Position numbers and translations under genes: made by a program. Shown one piece after another: positions 50,804 to 60,931 of a stretch of DNA of 64,000 nucleotides. A model generated the notes under the pieces. That model ran no database searches. It was not told the origin of the DNA and worked only from the letters and a program-made list of their open reading frames with translations. Positions within the stretch are counted from its first letter, which is position 1, and each line of letters begins with the position of its first letter. This DNA is from Bacteroidales bacterium. GTDB lineage: Bacteria; Bacteroidota; Bacteroidia; Bacteroidales; VadinHA17. The stretch lies in the NCBI GenBank assembly GCA_035297425.1, contig DATGYZ010000031.1, forward strand, positions 130,776 to 194,775, in the 5' to 3' direction.

Positions 50804-53080
50804 ATGATAATAGATTACCTGAACGATCTGAACGAGACACAAAGGCAGGCGGTGGTAAATACCGACGGACCAACTCTCGTAATTGCTGGTGCCGGCGCCG
50901 GAAAAACCAGAGTACTTACATACAGGATCGTTCATCTTCTGCAGAATGGAATTCCGGCTGGTCAGATACTTGCTCTGACCTTTACGAACAAGGCAGCAAG
51001 GGAAATGAAAGAAAGGATTGTTAAAATAACCGATCCCCAGACAGCCAGGCACCTCTGGATGGGTACATTTCACTCCATCTTCGCACGCATCCTCCGGAAA
51101 GAAGGAGAAAAGCTGGGATTCAGGCCTAATTTCACGATTTATGATACTGCCGATTCAAAAAGCCTCATCAGAACAATAATCAAGGAGCACAACCTTGATG
51201 ATAATGTCTATAAACCCGGGACTATTGCATCCAGGATATCAGCTGCAAAAAATAATCTTATAACTGCAGGAATGTATGCCGGGGACAGCTCGATACAGGA
51301 GTATGACCGGGCCGGAAGGATGCCACTTATCTCAGAGATCTATAAAGCATATTCATCAAGGTGCTTCAAGGCAAATGCAATGGATTTTGATGACCTCCTG
51401 CTTTATACGAATATACTGCTGAGAGACTTCCCTGCGGTACTTGCTGAATACCAGGAAAAATTCAGGTATATACTTGTTGATGAGTACCAGGATACAAACT
51501 ATTCACAATATCTTATAGTAAGAAAGCTGGCAGCCTTGCATCACAACATCTGTGTAGTGGGTGATGATGCACAAAGCATATATTCGTTCAGGGGTGCAAG
51601 AATTGAGAACATACTGAACTTCGAGAAAGATTATCCCGATTACAGGCTTTTCAAGCTGGAACAGAATTACAGGTCGACAACAACAATAGTTGACGCTGCA
51701 AATACTATAATTGAGAATAATGAAGGCCAGATAAGGAAGAAGGTGTACTCGAAGAATGAAACCGGTGAAAAGATCAGGGTTTTCCAGTCGATGACCGACA
51801 CCGAAGAGGGCTTCAATGTTGCGTCAGATATTTTTGATACAAAGTTTTCGTTGCAACGCAACTGGTCTGATTTTGCCATTCTTTACAGGACTAATGCACA
51901 ATCGAGGATTTTTGAAGAGACACTGAGGAGAAAAAACATACCTTATAAAATTTATGGGGGTTTATCGTTTTATGACAGGAAAGAGATCAAGGACGTACTC
52001 GCATATTTCAGGATGGTAATAAATCCTGATGACGAAGAAGCATTGAAGCGAACAATAAACTATCCCAAAAGGGGTATCGGTGATACTACGATTGAGAAAA
52101 TATTCAGCCTTGCTGGTTCAATGAATATGACCTCATGGAGTATAGTTTCAGAAGCAGGCAGGTACAGGGATCATTTCAACCAGGGCTCGGCAGGCAAGCT
52201 ACTGTCTTATGCCGGGATCATAAACACACTAAGGCAGGATGCCGATACAGTCGATGCTTATACCAAGGCAAGGGAGATTGCATTTGCCTCAGGAATAATG
52301 AAAGAGCTGAGAGAAGGCAAAGGACCTGAGGAAGTAAGCAGGTATGAAAACATGGAAGAATTGCTCAATGGCATAAAAATCTTCACCGAATATTCTGAGA
52401 CAAACGGGGAGCCATCGAACCTTGCTGCATATCTTTCAACTGTGTCTCTTCTAACCGACAAGGATGATGAGAAAGAAGAAGACCGTAACAAGGTAACCCT
52501 TATGACCATGCACTCGGCCAAGGGTCTTGAATTCAAGCATGTTTATATTGTAGGTATGGAGGATACTCTGTTCCCCTCCCCTATGTCGTCAGGCAGTGCA
52601 CGGGAGCTTGAAGAGGAAAGACGTCTTTTCTACGTGGCAGTTACAAGAGCTGAAAAGCAGGTAACCCTGAGTTATGCGTTAAACAGGTATAAATGGGGGA
52701 ATCTTGAGAGATGCAGCCCGAGCAGGTTTTTAAATGAAATAGACCGTAAGTACCTTTATTACCCTCAGACAGGTGATAAACCATTCAGGAAGCAGGCGGC
52801 GAATGGCCACATTGACCCGGGTTCAATAAGGGAGGAAAAAACAAATTACCCTGCCTCCCCCCGGATGAAGCCGTTGAAGCCCGTAAGCACAGCATCAGAT
52901 TTTACACCTACAGACCCTTCAGCTTTTTCGATAGGCGACAGGGTGGCTCATGAGAGATTCGGAACAGGGATCATTTCAGCAATTGAAGGTAATGCTCCCA
53001 ATACGACAGCAACTGTTGAATTCCAAAGCGAAGGGAAAAAGAAACTGCTGCTCAGGTTTGCCAGGCTCAGGAAATTATAA
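50804..53080 (+). CDS. UvrD/PcrA/Rep-family SF1 DNA helicase
   Basis: Walker A AGAGAGKTRV, motif II VDEYQDTN, and later helicase motifs (TMHSAKGLEF, YVAVTRAE). Confidence 0.9.
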   Translation: MIIDYLNDLNETQRQAVVNTDGPTLVIAGAGAGKTRVLTYRIVHLLQNGIPAGQILALTFTNKAAREMKERIVKITDPQTARHLWMGTFHSIFARILRKEGEKLGFRPNFTIYDTADSKSLIRTIIKEHNLDDNVYKPGTIASRISAAKNNLITAGMYAGDSSIQEYDRAGRMPLISEIYKAYSSRCFKANAMDFDDLLLYTNILLRDFPAVLAEYQEKFRYILVDEYQDTNYSQYLIVRKLAALHHNICVVGDDAQSIYSFRGARIENILNFEKDYPDYRLFKLEQNYRSTTTIVDAANTIIENNEGQIRKKVYSKNETGEKIRVFQSMTDTEEGFNVASDIFDTKFSLQRNWSDFAILYRTNAQSRIFEETLRRKNIPYKIYGGLSFYDRKEIKDVLAYFRMVINPDDEEALKRTINYPKRGIGDTTIEKIFSLAGSMNMTSWSIVSEAGRYRDHFNQGSAGKLLSYAGIINTLRQDADTVDAYTKAREIAFASGIMKELREGKGPEEVSRYENMEELLNGIKIFTEYSETNGEPSNLAAYLSTVSLLTDKDDEKEEDRNKVTLMTMHSAKGLEFKHVYIVGMEDTLFPSPMSSGSARELEEERRLFYVAVTRAEKQVTLSYALNRYKWGNLERCSPSRFLNEIDRKYLYYPQTGDKPFRKQAANGHIDPGSIREEKTNYPASPRMKPLKPVSTASDFTPTDPSAFSIGDRVAHERFGTGIISAIEGNAPNTTATVEFQSEGKKKLLLRFARLRKL

Positions 53081-53118
53081 AATAAAAATGTCCCTTCCCT
53101 GCTACCGGGAAAGGACAT
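53081..53118 (-). terminator. hairpin terminator between convergent helicase and DUF4412-like genes
   Basis: 12-bp stem with one mismatch (ATGTCCCTTCCC / GGGAAAGGACAT) followed on the minus strand by UUUUUAUUUU. Confidence 0.5.
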
Positions 53119-53137
53119 GTAAGTTGAAATCTTTAAA

Positions 53138-54145
53138 TTATTTCTTTTGATTCACATTCATCTGGCGCAGTGTATAGCCGGCTGTGGAGATTGAATGCGG
53201 GAAGTTTTTATTGATCTCTTTTGTTTCAGATTTTGTCTGCAGCTTACCTTTCTCGTCATACGATTCAGTTGCAAGTATCACACCATCGTTGAACTGGTTA
53301 CTGCCATAGTAATACGACATGTTCGAGTTGTTCCATCCTCTTTTGTCAATCTGAAGATCTGCTTCTTTTGTGAACCATACTTTTCCTGAGGTTTTATCTT
53401 CTGACTTGTATGAATATTCATCACACTTGTACCCTGCAATAACTTTCGTATTTCCTGTTTTTGTGAAAGTCGGGGGAGTGTATTTCTTTACGGGCTTACC
53501 ATCAGGACCAATCACATTGGTGTTCTGATCTGTTACTTCTGAGATCATGCCCATTTTCATACCATTCACATCTGTCAGCATTATAAATACCTTGTTATCC
53601 CCATCCATTACCATCTTTGCCTGAACAGATGTAGTATTTTCCTCATCTGTTATTGTTTGTGTTTCCATACCGATTGATGGACTGTTATTACTATAGAACA
53701 TGTACATATCTATCTTCATCACATCATCCTTGTCATATGTTTCAGAGACCATGTAGAGTCTGGATGTGAACTGGTAATCATCCTTGTATTTGAGGGTCAC
53801 CTTATTGCCAAACAAACCGCTGAAATCCATTCCGGCACCCTGGTTACTACTGGATGACTGTGATCCGGCATTGTTATCATTGTCATCGTCGTCGCTTGCA
53901 TCTGCCACTTCAGCCTGGGCAGGAGCTTCCTTTTCTGCTGCTGCAGCCCTTGCTCTTTCTGCTTCTGCTTTTTCAGCCCTGTTCTTATCCTGTTCTTCCT
54001 GAACTTTTTTGTCAAGAAGGGAATCAACCTCCCTGTTTACCTGTCTGTTTACTGCTCTCCGTACTACGCCTCCAAGCTGAGCGCTTGCATTTGTGTATGA
54101 AATGATCATAATGGTGAATACCAGAAATAATGCTCTCGTTTTCAT
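53138..54145 (-). CDS. secreted protein, DUF4412-like C-terminal domain, acidic/Ala-rich low-complexity N-terminal half
   Basis: Signal peptide. EAERARAAAAEKE and DDDDNDNN tracts. The C-terminal beta-rich part with GKVWFTKEADL resembles DUF4412. Confidence 0.45.
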   Translation of the reverse strand: MKTRALFLVFTIMIISYTNASAQLGGVVRRAVNRQVNREVDSLLDKKVQEEQDKNRAEKAEAERARAAAAEKEAPAQAEVADASDDDDNDNNAGSQSSSSNQGAGMDFSGLFGNKVTLKYKDDYQFTSRLYMVSETYDKDDVMKIDMYMFYSNNSPSIGMETQTITDEENTTSVQAKMVMDGDNKVFIMLTDVNGMKMGMISEVTDQNTNVIGPDGKPVKKYTPPTFTKTGNTKVIAGYKCDEYSYKSEDKTSGKVWFTKEADLQIDKRGWNNSNMSYYYGSNQFNDGVILATESYDEKGKLQTKSETKEINKNFPHSISTAGYTLRQMNVNQKK

Positions 54146-54204
54146 AATTTGAATTTATTTACCGAGGCTAAAGTTAAATATTTTTTCTGTTCAATTACAA
54201 TGGG

Positions 54205-54957
54205 TCAGGCTGCAGAACTGACAACGACTGGTTCTTTCTGCCTCAGAACAGATTCATACATAGATGCAAAAGAACTTCCAATCCAGATCACGGCAGGGAA
54301 TACACCTACAATAAGAAGTAATAATCCGAATATGACAATAAAGAATGAAGCAATGCCCATGAGAAAGATCCTCCAGCCATGTCCTCTTGTAAGCCGCCAG
54401 CTCATTTCAACAGCCTCAATAGGATCAATTTTCTTGTCCATTACAATATATGATACAAATACAAGTCTGCATGCAATTATAATCCCCGGGATTATGAGCA
54501 TGAAAAATCCCATTACAACAAGAGCTGTAACAAGCAGATGCGCAAGTACTATGGTGAAATAGTTCTCCATAAATCCTTTTACAAGATATTCAAAGTCGGG
54601 TTTAATCCTTCTGACGGCTTGCACGAATATAAAGTCGCTTCCATAAATAAAGACAGGAGCAACTAGAAATGAGTATAGTAAAGCCAGCAAGCCTAAAAAT
54701 ACAGCAAGCATTCCCATTGCGCCTATTGTAAAAAGCCTTGAAAGGTTTTCGCCTAACTCATGTCCTAACCCATATGGAATGTTATTAAAGTCGCTAAGGT
54801 CAAATTTGAAGTCAAACATTTTCAGTGGAGCAGTGAGTATTGCAATTATAATAACAACCAGGAACAACCTTAGAAAATTGTCCTGCATTACTTCCCACCC
54901 GGTTCCGAAACTGTTTCTGAAACCCGGAACAAGCCTGTAATCATTATTTGTTTCCAT
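54205..54957 (-). CDS. integral membrane protein (DUF975-like topology)
   Basis: Five to six predicted TM helices. The family call is tentative. Confidence 0.4.
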   Translation of the reverse strand: METNNDYRLVPGFRNSFGTGWEVMQDNFLRLFLVVIIIAILTAPLKMFDFKFDLSDFNNIPYGLGHELGENLSRLFTIGAMGMLAVFLGLLALLYSFLVAPVFIYGSDFIFVQAVRRIKPDFEYLVKGFMENYFTIVLAHLLVTALVVMGFFMLIIPGIIIACRLVFVSYIVMDKKIDPIEAVEMSWRLTRGHGWRIFLMGIASFFIVIFGLLLLIVGVFPAVIWIGSSFASMYESVLRQKEPVVVSSAA

Positions 54958-55112
54958 AATAAATACTTTAAAAATTATGGATCAAAATTATTGATCATTA
55001 CTGAGCATGACGTCATACTATGGTAGTGTTTTTGAAAAACAATACTTAAGTATGTATCATTCAAAGTGAGTTGGCTATCAGGGTAAATTGTCTTTTTATA
55101 TCTTTATCGAAG

Positions 55113-56048
55113 ATGATACGTCTGGTGGCATTATTGATTTTCATAATTTCTGTGGCAAGCACCGCAGGAAGCATTATACTTTCCTCGAAACTGAGAAACA
55201 AATACAATCATGAAGTTTTTTCATCACTCTTTTATTACCTCGTCTTCATTTTTACTTTCGGGTTCTATAGTATCTGGGGGCAGGTTGTAATCAAAGCCTA
55301 TCTTGAAAATATCAGCCCTGAACTTCTCTCAAGGATAACTGACATCACAACACTTTTTGGATTTCCTTTTCTTGTCATTGCCTGGCTTATGCTTATCCGG
55401 CTCGCATGTTCACTTGCCGGCATGAAATTCAGTAACCTGTTCATAACAATTTATCTTGTTATAAATTTATCTGCCATTACAATCCCGGGATTCCTTCTCT
55501 CTGACACACAAAGGTACATGCCAACCTTCATGTTAAAGATTTATTATATAGTTATGAATATAATATACTCATTTACTGTTTGCTATATAATAATGAGAGG
55601 AAAAGGTAAAGGAGTTGCAAGCATAGATTCGCATGACAGGAAAATGATCTCATCCCTGGTTGCTGCTATACTTGTAATACAATCTGTCCCGTTGCTGTTA
55701 TATGAAGGGCAGGTTCTATTGGGACTTATATTCATTCTGCTTTTTTTCACCGGAAATTCTTTTTTCCCGGTTTATCTGACCTATGGTGCAGGTATGCCGG
55801 AACGTTTTGAAGCTAAACAGATCATACCCGGCCAGTCTTTAGAAAGTTTTTGCCACAGATATGAGATATCGCCCAGGGAAAAAGATATAATAAGGGAAAT
55901 ATGCAATGGACTTAGTAATAAAGAAATTTCCGAGAAGCTATTTATAAGCCTTCAGACAGTGAAAGATCATACCCACAGGATTTATTTAAAGGTTAACGTA
56001 AAAAGCAGGATGCAGCTTATGAATCTTGTAAAAGGAATAGACAGCTGA
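55113..56048 (+). CDS. membrane-embedded LuxR-family transcriptional regulator
   Basis: About 7 TM helices, then a C-terminal LuxR HTH (REKDIIREICNGLSNKEISEKLFISLQTVKDHTHRIYLKV). Start moved to the first ATG (Met15 of ORF 55071..56048). Confidence 0.7.
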   Translation: MIRLVALLIFIISVASTAGSIILSSKLRNKYNHEVFSSLFYYLVFIFTFGFYSIWGQVVIKAYLENISPELLSRITDITTLFGFPFLVIAWLMLIRLACSLAGMKFSNLFITIYLVINLSAITIPGFLLSDTQRYMPTFMLKIYYIVMNIIYSFTVCYIIMRGKGKGVASIDSHDRKMISSLVAAILVIQSVPLLLYEGQVLLGLIFILLFFTGNSFFPVYLTYGAGMPERFEAKQIIPGQSLESFCHRYEISPREKDIIREICNGLSNKEISEKLFISLQTVKDHTHRIYLKVNVKSRMQLMNLVKGIDS

Positions 56049-56678
56049 TCATCTGAATTTAAGATATACTATCAACCTGCCACTATTGAAATCGAGCCTG
56101 AAGCTCCGGCCAAGCGATTCATTTAATGTTGCCTGCCACCAGTTGTGTATTTTGGTCCTGCTCAGGGGGTACTTCAGACCAACTGAAGTAATTTCGGTAT
56201 TGATGTCAATCGAAAAAACAGAAACCTGTTGACCTTCAAATGAAGGAATTACCGAGGACTCTTTTAATGGAATGAAAAATCCTGTATCTGTAACCATTAT
56301 CACATTGGTTCTCAGCATATATTCAGCCAGCAGGGATATATTTCCAATGGTATGGTCTTCCCGCTTCCCGGTTGCTCCTACAATCACAAGGTTGTCAAAA
56401 CCTTCAGCCAGGCACCAGTTCACTGCCTTTGTGAGATCATTGGTTTCCTGGTCTGAATCTTTATAGATCCTGTCTGCAAACTTTGTTTCCAGTTCGCGGG
56501 GAAGTGAATCCATATCACCCACAATAGCATCTGGTATAAAACCTGAGCAGGCGAGAGTCTCGGTGCTGCCATCGCAACAGATTATTTTTTTTGCATTTCG
56601 AATATAGCTTAAAGGAATACTGTTCACAGGGAAATTTCCATCAGCTACTATAACAATCCGTGAATGGGGATTAAACAT
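56049..56678 (-). CDS. thiamine diphosphokinase (thiamine pyrophosphokinase)
   Basis: GDMDS, TNDLTKA and GATGKREDH motifs of the TPK family. Last gene of a TPP-riboswitch-controlled operon. Confidence 0.8.
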   Translation of the reverse strand: MFNPHSRIVIVADGNFPVNSIPLSYIRNAKKIICCDGSTETLACSGFIPDAIVGDMDSLPRELETKFADRIYKDSDQETNDLTKAVNWCLAEGFDNLVIVGATGKREDHTIGNISLLAEYMLRTNVIMVTDTGFFIPLKESSVIPSFEGQQVSVFSIDINTEITSVGLKYPLSRTKIHNWWQATLNESLGRSFRLDFNSGRLIVYLKFR

Positions 56679-56708
56679 AATACAAAGTTAAGCACTTACC
56701 ATTGATTA

Positions 56709-57311
56709 TTACTGCACCTTTCTGTTAATAAGGCTCTTCTTCCATTCAATTATTCCGGCAAACGACATTATACAGTATACGGTATACAGAACCAGGGTTG
56801 GAATCAATCCCCTGCTGAGAAAAACGATGGCAGATACTCCGTTCACGATAATCCACAGGTACCAGTGTTCAAATATTTTCCTTGCCAGCATCCAGGTTGC
56901 AACTATCGATAAGGATGTTATAAATGAATCATATATCGGCACCGGTGAATCTGTAAATTTCTCCAGCACAAACCAGAGTCCTGCAAACATCAGTATAAAA
57001 GCAATAGCAATATATGCTCCTGTTCTGAATTTCAACCTTGTTACCACAAGCTCATGACGGTCTTCGTCACCCTCCCTGTGCCTGGTCCACCAGTACCATC
57101 CGAGAATGCTTATTGCAAGGTAATAACCCTGCAGGCTCATATCGGCATAGAACTTATTTGTAAAGAAGACCCAGATGTATGTTCCTGACGTTAGTATTCC
57201 CAGTGGCCAGAGCCAGATGTTCTGCCTTATTTCGAGCAAAACAAAGATTATACCCGTTACAGCGCCGAATACTTCTAAATAATTATTTGTGAGCCAAAGA
57301 GGAAATTCCAT
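56709..57311 (-). CDS. PnuC-family transporter, probable thiamine transporter PnuT
   Basis: 7-TM PnuC-like sequence (ILGWYWW motif). The thiamine assignment comes from its context between a riboswitch-controlled TonB receptor and the TPK gene. Confidence 0.75.
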   Translation of the reverse strand: MEFPLWLTNNYLEVFGAVTGIIFVLLEIRQNIWLWPLGILTSGTYIWVFFTNKFYADMSLQGYYLAISILGWYWWTRHREGDEDRHELVVTRLKFRTGAYIAIAFILMFAGLWFVLEKFTDSPVPIYDSFITSLSIVATWMLARKIFEHWYLWIIVNGVSAIVFLSRGLIPTLVLYTVYCIMSFAGIIEWKKSLINRKVQ

Positions 57312-57328
57312 AACGACGGTGATCGAAT

Positions 57329-59749
57329 TTAAAATTTTAAACCAAGCCTGAACATGAAATTAATTCCAGCCTGCGGGAAGAAATAGGACCATGTTTTCTC
57401 TGCGCCATCTTCATACCAGTTTCCGCCATAAGCATTGCTCTCATAAGCTTCGTTGAAGAGATTGTTTACAAGAAGCTGTAACTCCATTCCTTTCATATGA
57501 CTGATCGCAGGAGTGACATCTACCCTCAGGCTATTTACAAAATACGGTTTAATCGATCTCTCCTGGTGCATAGTATTATCAAAATATTGTTTGCCAACAA
57601 ATTTGGAAATGAGGTGAACTCCAAACCAGTTTTTTGAAACAGCAAGATCACTCGTCCATACCTGTGAGGGAGAATAGGCTATATCAACTTTACCAAGATC
57701 CTTACTGAGGTATTGTGATGACCAGTCAGATGTGTTATAATCAGTATAAAATTCAGTAAAGTTCATGATCTTATTCCGACTAAATGTAAAGTTCGAATTC
57801 CAGGTCAGCCATCTGGTCAGGTTAAGAGCTGATGATAACTCGATTCCGATCCTGTGGCTCCTGTCAACATTAGTCATTATTGAATAGCCAACGTCGCTCA
57901 GCTCTCCGGTAGGAACAAGCTGATCTTCGTAAAACATTCCATAAAGATTAACTGACAGTGATAATTTTTCCTTCCTCAGCTTATAACCTGCTTCAGCATC
58001 GTACAGCCTCTCGGGACCGGGTGTTGCACCTGGATCACCTGATGCTTCCTTATAATCATTTCGTGTAGGTTCCCTGTTCGCCACAGACAAGGAGACCCAG
58101 GCATCCTGGTTCTGATTGATCTCATAAAACAGACCTGCTTTGGGATTCAGGAAGTTGAATTTATGCTTCTGAGTCAGATCCTTCAGATCATCATCTGCTC
58201 CATCCATAGAGTAATTAATGAAACGATACTGGATATCGCCGAATATTTTCAGATGGGAGGAAAGATCGTACAATACTTTTGCATATATATTAAAATCTGA
58301 TTTATCAGACTGATTGAAATACCATCTGAAATCCTTGGGATAATTCCCGGCATTCTGCATCCAGATAATAGTTCCATAATGATCGCCCAGGTACCTGTTC
58401 ATCCCGCCGCCGGCAGTGATGGCTGCTCTTGCAGCTGTATAGTTAAGTGAATAAACAGCCCCGAAAAAGTTGTTATCAAGCCACTTTCTTCTGATGAGAT
58501 CACTTGACTCAATAAGGTCACCACCAATAACAAATGGAGAGATACCGTACTCTGAGAAATGCTGGTCCTCCCTGTACTCTTCATAATAGCCCACTCCGCG
58601 GGTATAATGCAGTGCTGCATTCATATTAAGGCTGTTTGACGGCGAGAAGCTGTAAATCAGCTGGTAATGATCCTGGTTATAATTGTCGCTTTCATTATCA
58701 TAATATTTTATTTTACCAGTCTCATCAGTATATTGTCCTGCCGGATTGTACCTCCTGTTGGTGTTCAGGGAGTCGGCCGGTACACCCCACCATCCTATTC
58801 CGGTGTGCTCTTCACCCAGGATAATGTTTGCCTTCAGGCTTGATCTTCCTGACCTGTAAAGTCCTGTCATGAATGCAGACCTGTGCTTTGAACCTGTCCT
58901 GTCAATAAAGCCGTTGCTTCTGATATCTGAATATCGCATGTTGAAGCCGAATTTTCCTCCCAGCATTCCCGTACCAGCAGATATAACATTCTTGAAAGTA
59001 TTGAACGATCCCGCGGATGAATTGATCTCAGCGAAAGGGGTTGTTTCCGGTACAACTGTCTGAATGCTCACAGTAGCCCCAAAAGCGCCGGCACCGTTTG
59101 TGGATGTCCCGACACCCCTTTGCACCTGGATATTTTCGACAGATGATGCAAGATCGGGGAGGTCGACCCAGAAGACCTGGTGGGATTCGGGATCATTCAG
59201 CGGGATACCATCGATGGTAACATTTATCCTGTTTGCATCGGTGCCCCTGATACGAAGGCTTGTGTAGCCAACACCATTGCCGGCCTCTGACGTCTCAACC
59301 ATTGATGGTGTAAGACTGAGCATATATGGTATATCCTGTGCTGTATTTATCTTCTTAAGGTTTTCCCTGTTAATTGTCGAATACGCCAGTGGAGTTCTCT
59401 CTGATGCCCTTGTTGCCCGGACAAATACTTCTCCAGTTCGTATAATTGCAGGTTGAAGGCTGAAGTCGAGTATTGTTAATTTATTAACAGTAACTTCTCC
59501 GGATGATGACTCGAAACCGATAAACGATACTGATACCTTATAAATGCCTTCATCCAGAGACGGGAAGACATAATCGCCATTGCTGTCGGAAATTACTCCC
59601 ATGAGAGTCCCATCTATTGTAATACTGGCTCCGGATAACGGACTACCATGTTCATCAGTTATTTTTCCTTTAAGAGCATATTGGTTTGCCTGTCCTGAAC
59701 ATATGGCAGGAATAAGAATTAAAATCAGGAATATATACAAGTTCTTCAT
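57329..59749 (-). CDS. TonB-dependent outer membrane receptor (probable thiamine/precursor uptake)
   Basis: Signal peptide, carboxypeptidase-regulatory-like N-terminal domain, plug, and a 22-strand barrel ending in an aromatic residue (...RLGLKF). Confidence 0.85.
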   Translation of the reverse strand: MKNLYIFLILILIPAICSGQANQYALKGKITDEHGSPLSGASITIDGTLMGVISDSNGDYVFPSLDEGIYKVSVSFIGFESSSGEVTVNKLTILDFSLQPAIIRTGEVFVRATRASERTPLAYSTINRENLKKINTAQDIPYMLSLTPSMVETSEAGNGVGYTSLRIRGTDANRINVTIDGIPLNDPESHQVFWVDLPDLASSVENIQVQRGVGTSTNGAGAFGATVSIQTVVPETTPFAEINSSAGSFNTFKNVISAGTGMLGGKFGFNMRYSDIRSNGFIDRTGSKHRSAFMTGLYRSGRSSLKANIILGEEHTGIGWWGVPADSLNTNRRYNPAGQYTDETGKIKYYDNESDNYNQDHYQLIYSFSPSNSLNMNAALHYTRGVGYYEEYREDQHFSEYGISPFVIGGDLIESSDLIRRKWLDNNFFGAVYSLNYTAARAAITAGGGMNRYLGDHYGTIIWMQNAGNYPKDFRWYFNQSDKSDFNIYAKVLYDLSSHLKIFGDIQYRFINYSMDGADDDLKDLTQKHKFNFLNPKAGLFYEINQNQDAWVSLSVANREPTRNDYKEASGDPGATPGPERLYDAEAGYKLRKEKLSLSVNLYGMFYEDQLVPTGELSDVGYSIMTNVDRSHRIGIELSSALNLTRWLTWNSNFTFSRNKIMNFTEFYTDYNTSDWSSQYLSKDLGKVDIAYSPSQVWTSDLAVSKNWFGVHLISKFVGKQYFDNTMHQERSIKPYFVNSLRVDVTPAISHMKGMELQLLVNNLFNEAYESNAYGGNWYEDGAEKTWSYFFPQAGINFMFRLGLKF

Positions 59750-59814
59750 AAGTATAAATCTTTATGGTATTTATTCTCTCCCCTTGTGGAGCCTTATGAA
59801 GTTGCTGAATGAAG

Positions 59815-59905
59815 TGATACTCTGTCTCCCTCCGCCGGCATTACCCGGATCAGGTTATAAGGGTATGATCTCAGCCTGTAATCTATAAGGCACCCCAATT
59901 GAATA
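59815..59905 (-). promoter_or_regulatory. TPP (THI-box) riboswitch
   Basis: The minus strand reads GGGGUGCCUUAUAGAUUACAGGCUGAGAUCAUACCCUUAUAACCUGAUCCGGGUAAUGCCGGCGGAGGGA. This carries the conserved GGGGUGC, CUGAGA, ACCUGAUC-GG-UAAUGCC-GCG-AGGGA elements. It lies ~70 nt upstream of the TonB-receptor ATG. Confidence 0.9.
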
Positions 59906-59971
59906 AGTGCAAAGGTATAACTTTTCATGGATATCGCAATTTTTATTAACTTAGCTTTAAAATGTACGGCT

Positions 59972-60394
59972 ATGTCTGACATGTTGAAGAAGCTGAACTA
60001 TAAAGGACAGGATAGGATTGCCGTCATCAGTGCTGAAGATGATTTCATGGATTCTCTGGCTGCCGATCTTCCTGATGTTAAAATAGATACCGTGATCGAT
60101 CCTCGTTTCCCATATAGTTTTATAATCATCTTTGTCAGGAGATCATCTGAAGTTGTCCAGATATCCCAGCTTGCAATTCATAATCTCGTTGCAGATGGAG
60201 TATTGTGGTTTTGCTACCCGAAGAAAACTTCAAAGCTTGCCAAACCTGAGCTTAACAGGGATAACGGATGGAAGCCTTTGCACGATCTTGGATTCTACGG
60301 CATCAGGCTGATTTCTATTGATGATGACTGGTCAGCACTAAGATTCAGGAACAGTAAATTTATTAAATCAACACCCGGGAAATACCCTGTTTAA
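59972..60394 (+). CDS. hypothetical protein
   Basis: ORF 59927..60394 trimmed to Met16 (MSDMLKKLNYKG...). No domain confidently recognised. Confidence 0.4.
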   Translation: MSDMLKKLNYKGQDRIAVISAEDDFMDSLAADLPDVKIDTVIDPRFPYSFIIIFVRRSSEVVQISQLAIHNLVADGVLWFCYPKKTSKLAKPELNRDNGWKPLHDLGFYGIRLISIDDDWSALRFRNSKFIKSTPGKYPV

Positions 60395-60418
60395 GGTTCT
60401 TAACAGGTATTTGGAAAT

Positions 60419-60931
60419 ATGATAACTGAAGAGCTGGATACTCCTATAGGCAGGATGGTCACTGCCGCCACATCTGCCGGAATTTGTTTCCTTAACTTCT
60501 CCGATAAAGTAACTGACTTCCCCATTCCTGATGAGGATAAGAATGATGTTGCACAAAGACATATCTTAACTTTAAAACAAGAACTGAAAGAATATTTTGA
60601 GAGTGGAAGGAAAGAGTTTTCAGTTGCTCTTGATATTTTCGGTACCGGTTTTTGTACAATGGTATGGAAGGAGCTGCTTAAGGTGCCGTATGGAACTACA
60701 ACAACTTACATTCAACAGGCAAACTCATTAAAAATACCAAAGTCGGTAAGAGCAGTTGCAAAAGCGAATGCATTAAACAGGATAGTCATTCTTATCCCAT
60801 GCCACAGGATTATAGGCAGCAATGGAAAACTGACAGGGTACTCAGGCGGGATAGACAGGAAACGGTGGCTCCTCCTGCATGAAAAAAAATATTCTTTACC
60901 AATCGATAACGAATTATTTGATATAACATGA
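60419..60931 (+). CDS. ogt: methylated-DNA--protein-cysteine methyltransferase
   Basis: Active-site motif IPCHRIIGSNGKLTGYSGG and a helix-turn-wing region. Confidence 0.9.
   Translation: MITEELDTPIGRMVTAATSAGICFLNFSDKVTDFPIPDEDKNDVAQRHILTLKQELKEYFESGRKEFSVALDIFGTGFCTMVWKELLKVPYGTTTTYIQQANSLKIPKSVRAVAKANALNRIVILIPCHRIIGSNGKLTGYSGGIDRKRWLLLHEKKYSLPIDNELFDIT

Noticed and set aside
50735-51073. 112-aa ORF antisense to the 5' end of the helicase gene
   Set aside because: It overlaps the conserved Walker A region of the UvrD-like helicase and has no motifs. It is a shadow ORF.
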